DNA from: an uncultured Gammaproteobacteria bacterium
GTDB lineage: Bacteria > Patescibacteriota > Patescibacteriia > UBA9570 > XYC2-FULL-38-9
Length of the DNA stretch: 64,000 bases
Direction of reading: 5' to 3'
Assembly: GCA_964344485.1 (NCBI GenBank)
Contig: CAYFNF010000001.1
Span: 122,115 to 186,114 of the forward strand
Shown: positions 48,912-58,907 of the stretch, in pieces
Position numbering within the stretch: the first letter of the stretch is position 1
Layout: every line of letters begins with the position of its first letter
Notes under the pieces: generated by a model
The model's input: the letters and a program-made list of their open reading frames with translations, nothing else
What the model was told of the DNA's origin: nothing
Database searches by the model: none
Program-made: the position numbers and the translations under genes

Positions 48912-49610
48912 ATGAGACGTGCTCCAGGGTTTACATTATTAGAATCCATCATCGCGATCGCAGTGGTCCTCTTTGGATTGGTGAGTATTGTCGCGCTGAG
49001 CACTTCTTCTTTAATCTCTAGTGAAATCACAGAGGAGGAATTTGTAGCAGCAAACCTCGCTCGCGAGGGTATGGAGCTCGTTCGTCAGATGCGTGATTCG
49101 AATTGGCTAAAATTTGATACAACGTCGGACCCATTAATTGAATGGGATATGGGAATGCATCATATTGAGACAACAGGAAACAATGATTACAGCGCGGTCA
49201 TCACATTTCTTTCATCGTACACGTCGGATGCTTTATCCTTTGAACCTGATGCTCATGGTGACACCTGCACTGATGCAACAGGAGTATTCAATTGTACGAA
49301 TACCTGGATAGACACCACGGACAGTGTCTATTTCCAGTTAGGGTCAGAAGCGACATTTGATTCCACAGATCCACAGTATAGTGAAACGAAATATTCTCGT
49401 ATGGTATTTCTGTATCCAATCTGTCGAGATGTAAATAACTCTGCTGATGAGCAGATATTAACTGTAGAAGGAATGGACACGTGCAGTTCGTACTTTGGAG
49501 CGGATTATGAACAAGTAGGAATTGATGCAATTGTAGAGGTGCAGTATTCGATTCGCGGTGATACCAAGACCTATACATTAGAAGAATACATCTATGACTG
49601 GAAATTCTAG
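48912..49610 (+). CDS. Minor pilin (PilV-like)
   Basis: MRRAPGFTLLESIIAIAVVLFGL prepilin N-terminus. Confidence 0.7.
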   Translation: MRRAPGFTLLESIIAIAVVLFGLVSIVALSTSSLISSEITEEEFVAANLAREGMELVRQMRDSNWLKFDTTSDPLIEWDMGMHHIETTGNNDYSAVITFLSSYTSDALSFEPDAHGDTCTDATGVFNCTNTWIDTTDSVYFQLGSEATFDSTDPQYSETKYSRMVFLYPICRDVNNSADEQILTVEGMDTCSSYFGADYEQVGIDAIVEVQYSIRGDTKTYTLEEYIYDWKF

Positions 49611-50202
49611 AAAAACTCGACAACAAGGAATGACACTCATTGAAGTGCTGATTGCGGTTGCTGTTATTAGCATTACTATTGTGTTAGCAGTGAATATCTT
49701 TTTGTTATTTAGCGAGAGCTCTTCTGAGGCAACGAATCAGTTGCATCTTCAAGCAAATGCGCGGCAGATGATGTCGCTTGTTTCGGAGCGAACCCGTGAA
49801 GGGTTTGTTGATTATAATTTTTATACCGGCCCACCGTCAGCTGAGCCAGAATTCTTGGCGATGCGCGACTTAGACGGTATTCAAACAGTCTTCTGGTTTT
49901 ACAATGATGGCGTGGATACGCACGTCTACTTATGTGATGATATGCCGTACGACATGTCGTGCGATAAGACCGTGCCAGATCCATCAGTTGATCCTTTATG
50001 GTCTAAGATGAATGATGAGGATGTGTACTTAACTACTGGCTTCTTTACTATATCTCCGGATTCGGACCCGTATTTTAGTGGCTCGTTGGTTCCAGCTACT
50101 GATGATGCTCCATTAATTACAGTGGTGATGCAGCTAGAAAATGATATTGCTCAGTCTCAGTTGTTCCAAACTACATTAACGCCTCGATTCTATGTTCGTT
50201 AG
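49594..50202 (+). CDS. Minor pilin (PilW-like)
   Basis: QQGMTLIEVLIAVAVISITIVL prepilin N-terminus. Confidence 0.7.
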   Translation: MTGNSRKTRQQGMTLIEVLIAVAVISITIVLAVNIFLLFSESSSEATNQLHLQANARQMMSLVSERTREGFVDYNFYTGPPSAEPEFLAMRDLDGIQTVFWFYNDGVDTHVYLCDDMPYDMSCDKTVPDPSVDPLWSKMNDEDVYLTTGFFTISPDSDPYFSGSLVPATDDAPLITVVMQLENDIAQSQLFQTTLTPRFYVR

Positions 50203-51055
50203 GCGCTTACAACAGAAGTCGCAAGATGGTGCAGCAATGCTAGTAGTGCTGTTGTTGTTGGCTGCCTTTGTGTTAATTGGTTTTACACTCGCATCGTTAA
50301 CGTATCGGGGACTGAAAATTGCTCGTATGTATGAAGATTCCCTGCAATCTTTTTATGCTTCAGAAACTGGTATTGAACGAGCCCTAGACATTACACAACT
50401 TGGTCGAGTGGAGGGCGAAACACTGGATGATACAATCATGGAAATTGAGAATTATGCAGCACCAGCCGGGCCAGTCTCATTGTCTTCAGGTGTAGCAGAG
50501 TACTACATTGATGATGTTGCAACCTCTGACACCATAGATTCATTAACTGTTCCTGTTCCAACGTTTCGAAATACACAGATAGATCTATATGACCCAGACG
50601 CTCCATTCACCACGTATATGAATATTGAGTCAGCGCAGTTCTACTGGAATGAGCCAGACTGTCCAGTGGATTCAAATTTTGAAGTGAGTTGGTATGAGTT
50701 CGATGATGAGTATTTTGACATGATGGAGGATGCTGTCAGTAAGCAGGTCTTTACTTGTGTGTCCGGAGCTGGAGATTGGGATTGCGAGGCAATTTCAAAT
50801 GTACCTGTTCCAAATACGAACTACATCGCACGCTTGAAAGCATTAGAATGCGCGATTCTAGGCATGAATATTACGTTCTATGATGCAGCAGACGCTGGTG
50901 GAAGTGTTGAGGAAATACCGTCAGGGGTAAAAGTAGTTTCTATCGGAGAAGCACAGCAATCACAGCGACGGATGATCTCATTGAGTCAATGGAAGCCCAG
51001 TGCCTCAGGGCTAGTAGATTTTGTCCTGTTTTCTATAGAAGATATAGTGAAATAA
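50192..51055 (+). CDS. Minor pilin (PilX-like)
   Basis: N-terminal hydrophobic helix AAMLVVLLLLAAFVLIGFTLASL. Last gene of the pil operon. Confidence 0.55.
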   Translation: MFVRRLQQKSQDGAAMLVVLLLLAAFVLIGFTLASLTYRGLKIARMYEDSLQSFYASETGIERALDITQLGRVEGETLDDTIMEIENYAAPAGPVSLSSGVAEYYIDDVATSDTIDSLTVPVPTFRNTQIDLYDPDAPFTTYMNIESAQFYWNEPDCPVDSNFEVSWYEFDDEYFDMMEDAVSKQVFTCVSGAGDWDCEAISNVPVPNTNYIARLKALECAILGMNITFYDAADAGGSVEEIPSGVKVVSIGEAQQSQRRMISLSQWKPSASGLVDFVLFSIEDIVK

Positions 51056-51130
51056 GGAGTTTTTTTGCGTAGTCAGACCTTGACTTTTTTTATTGTCAGT
51101 GATATACAAGTGGCTTGAGGACGAAGGGAG

Positions 51131-51499
51131 ATGTACTGTATGCTGGACCGACAGTTGATTCAGCAGTTCGTAGAGAAGGGTTTCCGGTGGACCGTGGTGG
51201 TCACCCAGGACAGCGGTGGTCTCGAACCCGAGGCCGTGGCTGCGGTGGCCAACGCCAGGCGCATGGGATGCGCGGTCGGGTGCGTATTCGTGGGTGTCTC
51301 CGCGGAGGCGCTCGAAGCCGAGACTCGGGACTTCGGTCTGGCGCTCGCGCGCGCGTGCGACGAGGCCGAGCCGGTGGTCGAAGACAGCATCACCATGAGT
51401 GAGTTCGGCACGGACCGCAAGTTCACCCTGGTGATCTTCCCGCCGATCAATGCCGAGATCCAGGCCTGTTCGGATCGCGAGCCCGTAGAGCGCCCCTGA
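51131..51499 (+). CDS. Hypothetical protein, 122 aa, high GC (compositionally foreign)
   Basis: AAGGGAG SD upstream of the ATG at 51131 (or 51140). GC far above the flanks. No recognisable motif. Confidence 0.45.
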   Translation: MYCMLDRQLIQQFVEKGFRWTVVVTQDSGGLEPEAVAAVANARRMGCAVGCVFVGVSAEALEAETRDFGLALARACDEAEPVVEDSITMSEFGTDRKFTLVIFPPINAEIQACSDREPVERP

Positions 51500-51523
51500 T
51501 CTACCAACGCCTCATTTTTTTAT

Positions 51524-51546
51524 ACAAAAAAACCGCAGTAGCTGCG
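51524..51546 (-). terminator. Rho-independent terminator of the metallophosphoesterase gene
   Basis: On the minus strand: ccgcag-cta-ctgcgg hairpin followed by T8. Confidence 0.6.
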
Positions 51547-51557
51547 GCGCAAGTAGT

Positions 51558-52442
51558 TTATTTAAACGAAATAATATCTTGCGTCGGTTCAATAGAACCA
51601 TCCTCTGATTCATAGACAGTTACCAGTTGATAATGGTAGTATGCAACACTGTCACCACCAAGAATCGGTTGAGGTGCAGCGCCACCACCACCAGTGATAG
51701 TGACTGGAATACCGTCCATGGTGTACGTTAACGAAAAGTGGAGGTGTCCGTTATAGATACGGGTGATTGTATAGTCGCTAATCAGCTTCTTGAATTTTTC
51801 GTTCTGCGCGCGGGAATTCGGAGTTTCATCGTCACCGAACCATTGCTGACCTGGTACATCCAGCGGTCGATGATAAAACAAGAATGTATGATCTGCGTCG
51901 TTGTTATCCAGGTCATGTTCTAGCCAACCTAACTCCTCATCGGAGAAACCGATACGTAAGTATGAATTGTCTAGTAGCACGAAATGAGCGTTATTATAAT
52001 CAAACGATTGATAGGTCTTGTCGCCAAAGACTTTTTTATAGCTTTCTAATGTCTTGCGTTCTGTGGCCTCATCATAGACCAGGTCGTTGTTTCCTGGGAT
52101 GTAGTATGTGGGAAATGGCAGGGTATCGAACAGCTCTTTCGTTTTTCTCATCCCATCTACCCCTCCTTTATATGACATGTCTCCAACATGAATCACAAAT
52201 GCCAGGTCGCGAGTAGCCAGATCCTCTACCATCGTGCGTGAGATCGCTGGAAGATCTTCGGTATCACCAATAACAGCAAATTGCCAGGAATCAGCACTTT
52301 GTGTTTGAATTGTATCAATAATGTCCGAACCAGTGTTGGAAAGTGAAGAAATCGAGATAAATTCGTAGTGCCTATTCACAAACCAGGCTGCAGCCACTAC
52401 AATACAGAGTAGGATAATGAATAGAATAAAGAGTTTTTTCAT
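51558..52442 (-). CDS. Calcineurin-like metallophosphoesterase (purple acid phosphatase-like), secreted or anchored
   Basis: N-terminal TM or signal sequence. Motifs GDxxY-type (VIHVGDMSYKGG), GNNDL and GHLH. Confidence 0.75.
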   Translation of the reverse strand: MKKLFILFIILLCIVVAAAWFVNRHYEFISISSLSNTGSDIIDTIQTQSADSWQFAVIGDTEDLPAISRTMVEDLATRDLAFVIHVGDMSYKGGVDGMRKTKELFDTLPFPTYYIPGNNDLVYDEATERKTLESYKKVFGDKTYQSFDYNNAHFVLLDNSYLRIGFSDEELGWLEHDLDNNDADHTFLFYHRPLDVPGQQWFGDDETPNSRAQNEKFKKLISDYTITRIYNGHLHFSLTYTMDGIPVTITGGGGAAPQPILGGDSVAYYHYQLVTVYESEDGSIEPTQDIISFK

Positions 52443-54446
52443 ATGACGCGATCTGACGCAATAAAGCGAATTAAGACGTTAAAAAAGGAGATACAGCATC
52501 ATCGCTATTTATATCATGTTTTGGATAAGCAGGAAATATCTGACGCAGCCTTAGATTCGTTGAAGAAGGAGCTTTTTGATTTAGAGCAGCAGTATCCGGA
52601 TTTAGTGACTCCAGACTCTCCAACACAGCGTGTGGGCGGAGAGCCGCTTGAGAAATTCCAGAAAGTCACACATCAGGAGAGGATGTTGTCATTAAATGAT
52701 GCATTCGATCGTGCGGATATGGATGCGTGGGTAGAGCGGTTGCTGCGACTTGATCCAGATGCATCGCTCACATATTTTGCTGAAACCAAGATGGACGGGC
52801 TGGCGATTAGTTTGGTATATAAGGACGGTGTACTGAAGGTGGGAGCTACGCGAGGAAACGGGCGCGTAGGCGAGGATGTGACAAATAATATTCGTACTAT
52901 TGAAAGCATTCCTCTACAACTACATGATAATGCGTTATCCAAGCAGTCTAAACGCATTGAAGTTCGCGGAGAGGTCTATATGTCAAAAGAGGTCTTTGAG
53001 AAGATTAATGTTGAGCGAGAAAAAAATGGTGAAGCCGTATATGCGAATCCGCGAAATACAGCTGCTGGATCTATCCGACAGTTGGATCCATCTATCGCTG
53101 CAGCTCGAGACCTGCGGTTTATGGCGTATGCACTCATGACAGACCTAGGACAACAGACTCATGCACAAGAACACAAGATGCTACAGAAGCTTGGTTTTAA
53201 AACCGATCCGCAAGCAACAGCGTGCACCTCTATAGATCATGTTATGAAGTTCTATGACAAGGTCAATGCCAAGCGCGACGCGCTCGCATATCAAATTGAT
53301 GGCGTGGTAGTTCAGGTTGATTCTAATAAACAGTTTCAGCGGTTAGGTGTGGTCGGGAAAGCGCCACGTGCAGCGATTGCACTAAAGTTCCCAGCCGAGC
53401 AAGCCACGACAGTTGTAGAAGATATTCAGGTGCAGGTGGGGCGCACTGGAGCGTTAACACCAGTGGCACACTTACAGCCCGTACAGATCGCTGGCACTAC
53501 TGTACAGCGCGCCACATTACACAATATGGATGAAATTAAGCGCTTGAGCGTGAAGGTTGGGGACACTGTAGTAATAGAGAAGGCCGGGGATATTATTCCT
53601 GACATTGTACAAGTGTTAGAGAAGATGCGTTCTGGAAAAGAAAAAGCGTTTCGTATGCCGCGCACGTGTCCAGTTTGTGGATCTCCAGTGACACGACCTG
53701 AAGGAGAGGTGGCACATTACTGTACTAATAAAGAGTGCTTTGCTCAGCAGAAAGAGCAGTTCTATCATTTTATCTCTAAGAAAGGGTTGAATGTGGACGG
53801 GCTTGGCCCAAAGATTGTTGATCAGTTACTTGATGAGGGGCTTCTATCAACGCCCGCAGACCTATTTGAGTTACAAGAAGGAGATTTAGAACCGTTAGAA
53901 CGGTTTGCTGAGACTGCAGCAAAGAATGTGATACAAGCTATCAAAGATGCACGCTCGGTTCCTTTAGCACGATTCATCTATGCACTGGGTATTCGACACG
54001 TGGGAGAACAGACTGCTATTGATCTAGCGCAACATTTTGGTTCTTTTGCCAAGCTTCAACAAGCAACTCAGGAGGAACTTGAAGCCATGCATGATATCGG
54101 CCCAGCTGCTGCAGAGAGCATTGTACAGTACTTTTCAAACAACAAGCATCAGCAGTATATAGAGCAACTACTGTCTCATCTGCGCATTGAGAATCCACAA
54201 CAACCACGATCGAAGAAGCTGCAAGGCAAGGCCTTTCTGTTTACTGGTACACTCGAGAGCATGACTCGTGACCGAGCAAAAGAGGTGGTGCGAGAGAATG
54301 GAGGCACGGTGTTGTCTAGTGTTAGTTCAAAGCTAGATTATCTTGTAGCTGGGGAGAATCCAGGATCAAAAGTAGAGAAGGCTGAAGACAAGGACGTTCA
54401 AGTGATTACTGAGAATGAATTTTTTTCACTTATTACTAACGCGTGA
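52443..54446 (+). CDS. ligA: NAD-dependent DNA ligase
   Basis: KMDGLAISLVYKDG adenylation motif, OB fold, Zn-finger CPVCGS...C, HhH region and BRCT C-terminus. 667 aa. Confidence 0.9.
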   Translation: MTRSDAIKRIKTLKKEIQHHRYLYHVLDKQEISDAALDSLKKELFDLEQQYPDLVTPDSPTQRVGGEPLEKFQKVTHQERMLSLNDAFDRADMDAWVERLLRLDPDASLTYFAETKMDGLAISLVYKDGVLKVGATRGNGRVGEDVTNNIRTIESIPLQLHDNALSKQSKRIEVRGEVYMSKEVFEKINVEREKNGEAVYANPRNTAAGSIRQLDPSIAAARDLRFMAYALMTDLGQQTHAQEHKMLQKLGFKTDPQATACTSIDHVMKFYDKVNAKRDALAYQIDGVVVQVDSNKQFQRLGVVGKAPRAAIALKFPAEQATTVVEDIQVQVGRTGALTPVAHLQPVQIAGTTVQRATLHNMDEIKRLSVKVGDTVVIEKAGDIIPDIVQVLEKMRSGKEKAFRMPRTCPVCGSPVTRPEGEVAHYCTNKECFAQQKEQFYHFISKKGLNVDGLGPKIVDQLLDEGLLSTPADLFELQEGDLEPLERFAETAAKNVIQAIKDARSVPLARFIYALGIRHVGEQTAIDLAQHFGSFAKLQQATQEELEAMHDIGPAAAESIVQYFSNNKHQQYIEQLLSHLRIENPQQPRSKKLQGKAFLFTGTLESMTRDRAKEVVRENGGTVLSSVSSKLDYLVAGENPGSKVEKAEDKDVQVITENEFFSLITNA

Positions 54447-54453
54447 AATCATA

Positions 54454-55095
54454 ATGAAGAGCAGAATGAAGACAGCTATCAACTCCATGTGTAAACGATA
54501 CTCTTTCTTTCGCGTTGTCATGGATCTTGTGCGCCCGTGGTTTCGTATAGTTCTTAAAAAGGATACAGTCACAAATGATCATGTGGTTGGAACTAGAAGT
54601 ATAGGAAAGCTGGATGTTGAATATGACGAGTCTCTTTATAGAAACTATAAACAACTGATAGATACATACACTTCACCTGAGAATCGTCGCGTTATAATGG
54701 ATCTTGGGTCAGGAGATGGAGTCGTTCATGCAATACAGTTTATTGAAAAAGACGACGTGGAACATTTCTATCTTGTTGATATGTATATGTACCCAGAAGT
54801 AGTAGAAGCGCGCATTGATTCTTACACAGGGTCTGAACAGCGATCTGAACAGTTGAAGAAGAAGATTTCGATATTACAGTCTGATGTCAGTAAGATCGAT
54901 CAGATTTCAGACTCATCAGTTCATGTCATTATCAGCACTTCATTGTTAGAGCATGTTGACAAGGAAGATGTACAGAAAGTAGCGGAAGAGATCTATGCGA
55001 AGTTAACACCACAGGGCGTGGCAATGATTAGTGTTGACGTCAGAGATCATCATAATTTTGAATCCCCATTTGATTACTATAGACATCCAGAGTAG
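54454..55095 (+). CDS. Class I SAM-dependent methyltransferase, terminated by an in-frame TAG
   Basis: Motif I VIMDLGSGDGV and post-I LLEHV. The frame continues after the TAG at 55093-55095 into ORF 55108..55317. Confidence 0.6.
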   Translation: MKSRMKTAINSMCKRYSFFRVVMDLVRPWFRIVLKKDTVTNDHVVGTRSIGKLDVEYDESLYRNYKQLIDTYTSPENRRVIMDLGSGDGVVHAIQFIEKDDVEHFYLVDMYMYPEVVEARIDSYTGSEQRSEQLKKKISILQSDVSKIDQISDSSVHVIISTSLLEHVDKEDVQKVAEEIYAKLTPQGVAMISVDVRDHHNFESPFDYYRHPE

Positions 55096-55107
55096 CTATG
55101 GCGGGCT

Positions 55108-55317
55108 ATGAATAGAACTGGCTTAGGGTACACCAATCGCCTGCGACCCGTTGATTTTCGAAAGGTATTCTCAACTGTGGGCTTTAAAGAATTGCATATA
55201 GAAGAGGAGCCCGGAGAGCAAGCGTTACCGAAAAAACTCGCCAAGCAATTTCGAACGTATCCAGAGGACCAACTTCGTGCTGTACGACTGCTCGCGATAC
55301 TGCAAAAAACCAAATAG
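55108..55317 (+). pseudogene. Possible C-terminal continuation of the upstream methyltransferase, separated by an in-frame amber codon
   Basis: Same reading frame as 54415..55095. Only one TAG separates ...YRHPE* from LWRAMNRTGLGY.... Confidence 0.3.
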
Positions 55318-55391
55318 TGTTTTGGTGCAGTTCGCAGAGCAATAGTAATGCTTTGCGAGGTGCAACAAAGACGCACCTAGAGGAAGGCATC

Positions 55392-55583
55392 GTGGAATCA
55401 GCAACGTATGATTTCACATGGGTCCCGAAGGCTATCCTGGTTTCGAGCGGAACGCTCTGCCCTGGAGAGGGTTGCGGTAAGCCGTCCAAGGAAGCTGTCT
55501 CGATCACGATCTCGAACAACAAGGGGGAGAAGAAGCCCGCGCTTCAATGCAGGAATTGTCGAGAAGTCTACTTCCCAGCTTGA
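55392..55583 (+). CDS. Small zinc-ribbon protein (candidate)
   Basis: Paired Cys pairs (CPGEGCGK ... CRNC). GAGGAAGG SD-like site before a GTG at 55392. Alternative ATG at 55317. Confidence 0.3.
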   Translation: MESATYDFTWVPKAILVSSGTLCPGEGCGKPSKEAVSITISNNKGEKKPALQCRNCREVYFPA

Positions 55584-55671
55584 GTTGAGCAGGGATAATC
55601 GAGGCCACTTCAGGATCTTTTTTTATATAAGTTGCTTGAACATCCCTTGTGTACCTGTTACAATACCAAGC

Positions 55672-55980
55672 ATGAAATTAGATAAAAAAGCCATAGATCA
55701 TCTAAAAAAGTTGGCGAAGATGGACTTAACCACTGAAGAAGAAGAGGTCCTTCCGTCCCAGCTTTCAGATATCTTGGATTTTGTTGAAAAGCTAAGTGAA
55801 GTGGATACTGATAATGTTCCTCCAACGAGTCAGGTCACTGGACTGGAAGATATCATGCGCGCAGATGAAGCGACCTATACATTTGAAAAATCTGACATGA
55901 CGAAGTGTATGCCGGACACTGATGAGCAAGGTCATTTGCGTGTGCACGCAGTATTTACTGATGACAGCCCTAGCCATTAA
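55672..55980 (+). CDS. gatC: Aspartyl/glutamyl-tRNA amidotransferase subunit C
   Basis: 103 aa: MKLDKKAIDHLKKLAKMDLTTEEEE...DTDNVPPTSQV is the GatC pattern. Directly upstream of gatA. Confidence 0.8.
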   Translation: MKLDKKAIDHLKKLAKMDLTTEEEEVLPSQLSDILDFVEKLSEVDTDNVPPTSQVTGLEDIMRADEATYTFEKSDMTKCMPDTDEQGHLRVHAVFTDDSPSH

Positions 55981-55984
55981 TACT

Positions 55985-57433
55985 ATGGAGATTTCGAGCA
56001 TACGAGAGTTACGAAAACAATTGGATGATAAAAAAGTATCGGTCAAAGAAGTAGTAGACCATTACTTGAAGCGCATCACACAGACCAATAGTGATCTGAA
56101 TAGTTTTATTACTGTAGATACCAAGCATGCACGTGAGCATGCGGAACATGCACAAGCAGAAATCGATAACAATAATCAGAGCCCGTTGACTGGTATTCCA
56201 TATGCGGTGAAAGACATTTTCTGCACGCGCGGGTTGCGTACCACCGCAGGATCTAGAATTTTAAATGAGTACGTCCCTCCGTATTCAGCTACTTCAGTTG
56301 AGAGATGTAAAGACGCGGTGTTGTTAGGAAAGACAAACTGTGATGAATTTGCGCAAGGAGCATCGAATGAATACTCTGCGTTTGGTCCTGCAAAAAATCC
56401 GTATGATCTAGAGCGTGTTCCTGGTGGATCTTCTGGAGGTTCAGCAGTATCAGTAGCATCTGGGCAAGCGCTGTTTGCGTTAGGTACGGACACCGGTGGA
56501 TCCACACGTCTGCCAGCTGGGTTTTGTAACGTAGTAGGCTTTAAGCCGACCTACGGCCGTATTTCTCGATATGGAGTCATCTCCATGGCGTCATCTTTTG
56601 ACACTGTGAGCATATTCTCACGTTCTGTCGCAGATAGTGCATATGTACTTCGAGAGCTTGCTGGTGAGGATCCACTCGATTCAACAACTCCTCGTGTTCC
56701 AGTGGACGACTATGTGCATGAGATAGAGCAATCTATACAAGGACTACGCATCGGTGTACCAAAAGAGGCGATCGAATTAGAAGGGCTGGACCCGCACGTT
56801 CGTACGATCCATGACGAAACAGTCAAATTATTGAGCGGTTTAGGCGCTGAGGTCGTAGAAGTATCGCTTCCGCACATCATGAAATACGGGTTAGCCACAT
56901 ACTATATTCTCATTCCTTCTGAAGTGAGTTCGAATATGGCACGATTTGATGGTATGCAGTACGGAGAGCCTGCTGCAGGAGCTGAAACTCTAGAGCAAGC
57001 GTTTGTGCGCACTCGTCAGCTTGGATTTGGTCCTGAGGTACGACGCCGTGTCATGACTGGCACGTTTTGTTTGTCCGCCGGGTATGTGGATGCGTACTAT
57101 AAGAAAGCGCAGAAAGTGCGAACACTGATTCGGGAGGACTTTGCAGAAGCGTTTCGAGTGGTTGATTTACTATTCATGCCGACCTCTTCAACACCTCCGT
57201 TCAAGATAGGAGCACAGGACCAGGATCCAATTGCAATGTACTTAGCTGATATCTTTATGGTGCCTGCAACTCTTGCAGGAGTGCCCGCAATATCTCTGCC
57301 AGCAGGCGCAGTAGGTAATTTGCCTATCGGTATGCAGCTCATTGGCCCGCAGTTTAAGGATTCTGTGGTTCTCAGAGCTGCGCATGCATTAGAGCAGGAG
57401 ATTCCGGCCCCATCATGCTCATTAGCAGTGTAA
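55985..57433 (+). CDS. gatA: Glutamyl-tRNA(Gln) amidotransferase subunit A (amidase signature family)
   Basis: Amidase signature GGSSGGSAVSVASG. 482 aa from MEISSIREL. Confidence 0.9.
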   Translation: MEISSIRELRKQLDDKKVSVKEVVDHYLKRITQTNSDLNSFITVDTKHAREHAEHAQAEIDNNNQSPLTGIPYAVKDIFCTRGLRTTAGSRILNEYVPPYSATSVERCKDAVLLGKTNCDEFAQGASNEYSAFGPAKNPYDLERVPGGSSGGSAVSVASGQALFALGTDTGGSTRLPAGFCNVVGFKPTYGRISRYGVISMASSFDTVSIFSRSVADSAYVLRELAGEDPLDSTTPRVPVDDYVHEIEQSIQGLRIGVPKEAIELEGLDPHVRTIHDETVKLLSGLGAEVVEVSLPHIMKYGLATYYILIPSEVSSNMARFDGMQYGEPAAGAETLEQAFVRTRQLGFGPEVRRRVMTGTFCLSAGYVDAYYKKAQKVRTLIREDFAEAFRVVDLLFMPTSSTPPFKIGAQDQDPIAMYLADIFMVPATLAGVPAISLPAGAVGNLPIGMQLIGPQFKDSVVLRAAHALEQEIPAPSCSLAV

Positions 57434-57526
57434 TCCACTGTTTATCCATAGGATCGATTGGATCTATAGACGGGCATTGTATTCTATGTTATAATATGTA
57501 TGTAAGATTTCGAAAAAATTACCAAT

Positions 57527-57904
57527 ATGGCCAAAAACACTATTCTCCTCGTCGAAGACGACGAAATGCTTCACGCCATGTATACTCAGAAGTTTCAGAA
57601 AGAAGGATACGAAGTTCTGTCTACTTATAATGGAGCTGAAGGAATTCAGATGGCAGACGAGCATCAGCCTGCTGTTATCCTATTAGATATCATCATGCCG
57701 AAAATGGATGGATTTGTTGCGCTTAAGAAGATCAAGAAGAATGAAAAAACCAAAGAGATCCCAGTAATTCTGCTAACGAATCTCGGTCAAGAAGAGGATA
57801 TCCGAAAAGGAAAGGAGTTAGGAGCAACGGATTACTTTATTAAAGCAAACCACACACCGCAAGAAGTCGTCGACAAGGTAAAGGAAGTACTTGCTGGAAT
57901 GTAG
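57527..57904 (+). CDS. Stand-alone response-regulator receiver domain (CheY-like)
   Basis: ILLVEDDEML...ILLDIIMPKMDG...ILLTNLGQ. No output domain and no kinase nearby. An extended -10 TGtTATAAT lies about 35 nt upstream. Confidence 0.8.
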   Translation: MAKNTILLVEDDEMLHAMYTQKFQKEGYEVLSTYNGAEGIQMADEHQPAVILLDIIMPKMDGFVALKKIKKNEKTKEIPVILLTNLGQEEDIRKGKELGATDYFIKANHTPQEVVDKVKEVLAGM

Positions 57905-57982
57905 GCGGTGTTGTTCACATCAAGAATTTGCCCTTCGGGGCTTTTTTTGATATTAATAGAGTGCAATAATTAAAAGAAATGT

Positions 57983-58447
57983 ATGGAACGAACACTGATT
58001 ATCATTAAACCAGATGCGCTTCAGCGAAATTTACTCGGTGACATTGTGAGCCGATTTGAGCGTAAAGGGTTAAAGATCATTGGACTGAAGATGGAGCATA
58101 TCTCTGATCTAAAGATCGAAGAGCACTATGCGCATCATGCAGATAAACCATTTTTTCAGAATTTGAAAAAATTTATGCAGTCCGCTCCTGTAGTGCTTAT
58201 GGCGCTTGAAGGGCTAGAAGCAGTAGAGGCAGTACGCTTAATTACAGGCGATACAAAAGGGCGAGCAGCAGATGGCGGGACTATTCGAGGTGATTACGCA
58301 ATGAGCGTACAAGCGAATATTGTGCACGCGTCTGATTCTGTAGAGAATGCGAATTTAGAGCTAGAACGATTCTTTTCAGAAGATGAGCTGTTTGATTACA
58401 AGAAGATGGACTTTGAGTGGGTGTATTCAGAAGATGAGCGTGAATAG
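57983..58447 (+). CDS. ndk: Nucleoside diphosphate kinase
   Basis: MERTLIIIKPDALQRNLLGDIVSRFERKGLKIIGLKM plus the NIVHASDS active-site His region. Confidence 0.9.
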   Translation: MERTLIIIKPDALQRNLLGDIVSRFERKGLKIIGLKMEHISDLKIEEHYAHHADKPFFQNLKKFMQSAPVVLMALEGLEAVEAVRLITGDTKGRAADGGTIRGDYAMSVQANIVHASDSVENANLELERFFSEDELFDYKKMDFEWVYSEDERE

Positions 58448-58470
58448 CAGTTAATTTGTCGTATTGTTGA

Positions 58471-58495
58471 GCCGCCTCGCTATGAGGCGGTTTTT
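58471..58495 (+). terminator. Rho-independent terminator after ndk
   Basis: gccgcctc-gctat-gaggcggc-like hairpin followed by T5. Confidence 0.65.
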
Positions 58496-58764
58496 CATAA
58501 TGTATGCAATGGTGTGTCCTTGAAAAAAGCTCTTAAAAATGGTCTTACAGCTTGTGAGTGATGCAGTAATTACGTAAATATGCACTTATGCACAGAATAG
58601 TTGACAAACATGAGAGACTGCATTACTCTTACTGCTAATTATGAAACACGCAATCAGAACAACTCAGGAATGTGAACAGTATTACAGCCTTAGCTGGTAT
58701 GCTTTCTTTTTTAGCTTTGAGCGCCAGAAGGTTGATGTGTAATTAATTTCTATTTCTTTCACGA

Positions 58765-58796
58765 GCAGCCTTCTGGAACGAAGGCTGCTTTATTTT
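58765..58796 (+). terminator. Strong hairpin plus U-tract upstream of the high-GC GCS2-like gene (terminator, insulator or attenuator)
   Basis: gcagccttc-tggaac-gaaggctgc (9-bp stem) followed by TTTATTTT. No gene lies between ndk's own terminator and this element. Confidence 0.5.
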
Positions 58797-58907
58797 GTGG
58801 CTGATGTAGGCAGCGGTATATACTGCTCTCTACATTGGCTCCGAAATCAAGACGATTCGCAAGCCATACCATCACATCGACAGCAGCAGACGAGGAATAA
58901 GGAGGAG

